64,000 nt of DNA, taken from contig JARLHZ010000022.1 of the NCBI GenBank assembly GCA_031291995.1, positions 11,330-75,329 of the forward strand, written 5' to 3'. Origin of the DNA: Candidatus Doudnabacteria bacterium. Lineage in GTDB: Bacteria; Patescibacteriota; Doudnabacteria; UBA920. The notes beneath the pieces were generated by a model. That model was not told where the DNA came from. It searched no databases and saw only the letters and a program-made list of their open reading frames with translations. This document shows positions 63,052 to 64,000 of this stretch, in pieces; positions within the stretch are counted from its first letter, which is position 1, and each line of letters starts with the position of its first letter. The position numbers were made by a program, and so were the translations under genes.

Positions 63052-64000
63052 TTATTTTCTTTCCGAGCGTTTTCTTTCGGTGCCGTTTAGAATTTTTTTG
63101 CGGATTCTAATTGATTGCGGAGTGACTTCTACCAGTTCATCGCCGCCTACGTATTCCAAGGCAAAGTCGAGTTCAACGGGGTGCGGGGGAGTCAGAATAA
63201 TCGCTTCATCCGTGCCAGAGGAACGGATATTGGTGAGTTTCTTGGTTTTACAGACATTTAATTCCAGGTCGGTATCAACGCCATTTTTACCCACAACCAT
63301 ACCCTCATACACATCCACAGCGGAGCCTATGAACATCATGCCGCGCTCCTGGGCGTTGTTTAAGCCGTAAGCGTTGCTGACACCGGTTTCGCTGGAAATC
63401 AGCGAGCCGTGCTCGTTGCTGCGAATGTCTATATCGTGCACCGCTTTATAGGAATCGAATAAACTGTTCATAATTACCGTGCCGCGGGTTCGCGTTAACA
63501 GCAAATTTTTTAAACCAATTAAGCCGCGGGTCGGAATAAGATATTCGGCATGGATGTCTCCGCCGCTATGGCCGCTTTCCAGAATTTGCATTTGTCCGCC
63601 GCGTTTGCCGAGTTCTTCTATAACCACACCCTGGTGCTCGGTCGGCACGTCAATGGTTACAACTTCGTAAGGTTCCATTTTTTTGCCGTCTTGTTCATGG
63701 TAAATAACTTCCGGCTGGGAGACCTGCAACTCGAAACCTTCGCGCCGCATGGTTTCCACTAAAACAGCCAAATGAAGTTCGCCGCGACCGGAGACCAGGA
63801 AGGAATCACTGCCCTGTTCTAATCCTTCAACCTTCAAAGCAACGTTAGTTTCCAATTCTTTGATTAAGCGTTCGCGCAATTGACGGGAAGTCACAAATTT
63901 TCCTTCGCGTCCGGCAAACGGGGAAGTGTTGACGCCAAAAGTCATTTTAATGGTCGGTGGTTCAATTTCCACAGGCGGCAGGACTTTGGGATTTAACGGA
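63052..64000 (-). CDS. typA: Translational GTPase TypA/BipA, C-terminal part (5' end beyond the window)
   Basis: NTSPFAGREGKFVTSRQL, VSGRGELHL, RREGFEL, PTRGLIG, KKLTNIRSSG, DELVEVTP. Confidence 0.96.
   Translation of the reverse strand, partial: PLNPKVLPPVEIEPPTIKMTFGVNTSPFAGREGKFVTSRQLRERLIKELETNVALKVEGLEQGSDSFLVSGRGELHLAVLVETMRREGFELQVSQPEVIYHEQDGKKMEPYEVVTIDVPTEHQGVVIEELGKRGGQMQILESGHSGGDIHAEYLIPTRGLIGLKNLLLTRTRGTVIMNSLFDSYKAVHDIDIRSNEHGSLISSETGVSNAYGLNNAQERGMMFIGSAVDVYEGMVVGKNGVDTDLELNVCKTKKLTNIRSSGTDEAIILTPPHPVELDFALEYVGGDELVEVTPQSIRIRKKILNGTERKRSERK

Noticed and set aside
1-64000. Alternative genetic code (UGA=Gly as in Gracilibacteria/Absconditabacteria)
   Set aside because: Conserved genes are full length under code 11, and TGA serves as a normal stop (for example gmd, pilC, holA).

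Overview
Chromosomal window from a small-genome bacterium, inferred to be Patescibacteria/CPR and possibly Doudnabacteria-like. The inference rests on AT-rich TTTATG start contexts with few Shine-Dalgarno motifs, large Ser/Thr-rich surface proteins, and a pilBCMNO block next to holA. From left to right it holds: (i) 1-9.3 kb, two surface proteins, hicBA, a secreted lipase-family protein, a REP-associated HUH tyrosine transposase (RAYT/TnpA-REP) and an AbrB-RelE toxin-antitoxin (TA) pair; (ii) 9.4-36.6 kb, a glycan locus with a Wzy_C/O-antigen-ligase-TPR protein, gmd/fcl, wzx, rfbFGH, NeuB-like, YerE-like ThDP, SDR and DHQS-like genes, many glycosyl/methyltransferases, two gene relics and a WbaP/WcaJ-type transferase; (iii) 36.7-53.6 kb, accessory genes (Pif1-like helicase, radC, Phd-RelE, orphans, a type II R-M pair, HRDC-xseA/xseB, stress genes); (iv) 53.7-64 kb, pilus genes, tRNA-Arg(TCG), tRNA-Lys(CTT), holA, an MFS transporter, engB and partial typA. 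There are four main leads. First, a RAYT with its own non-GTAG 25-nt palindrome family (7 units at 5 loci) that falls between gene modules. Second, many other tiny palindromic or tandem elements, including an internal empty-versus-filled site comparison and in-frame insertions in proteins. Third, a possible branched or carbocyclic higher-sugar pathway. Fourth, a mirror-image codon skew around inserted islands. All calls come from reading motifs by eye; no searches were run.
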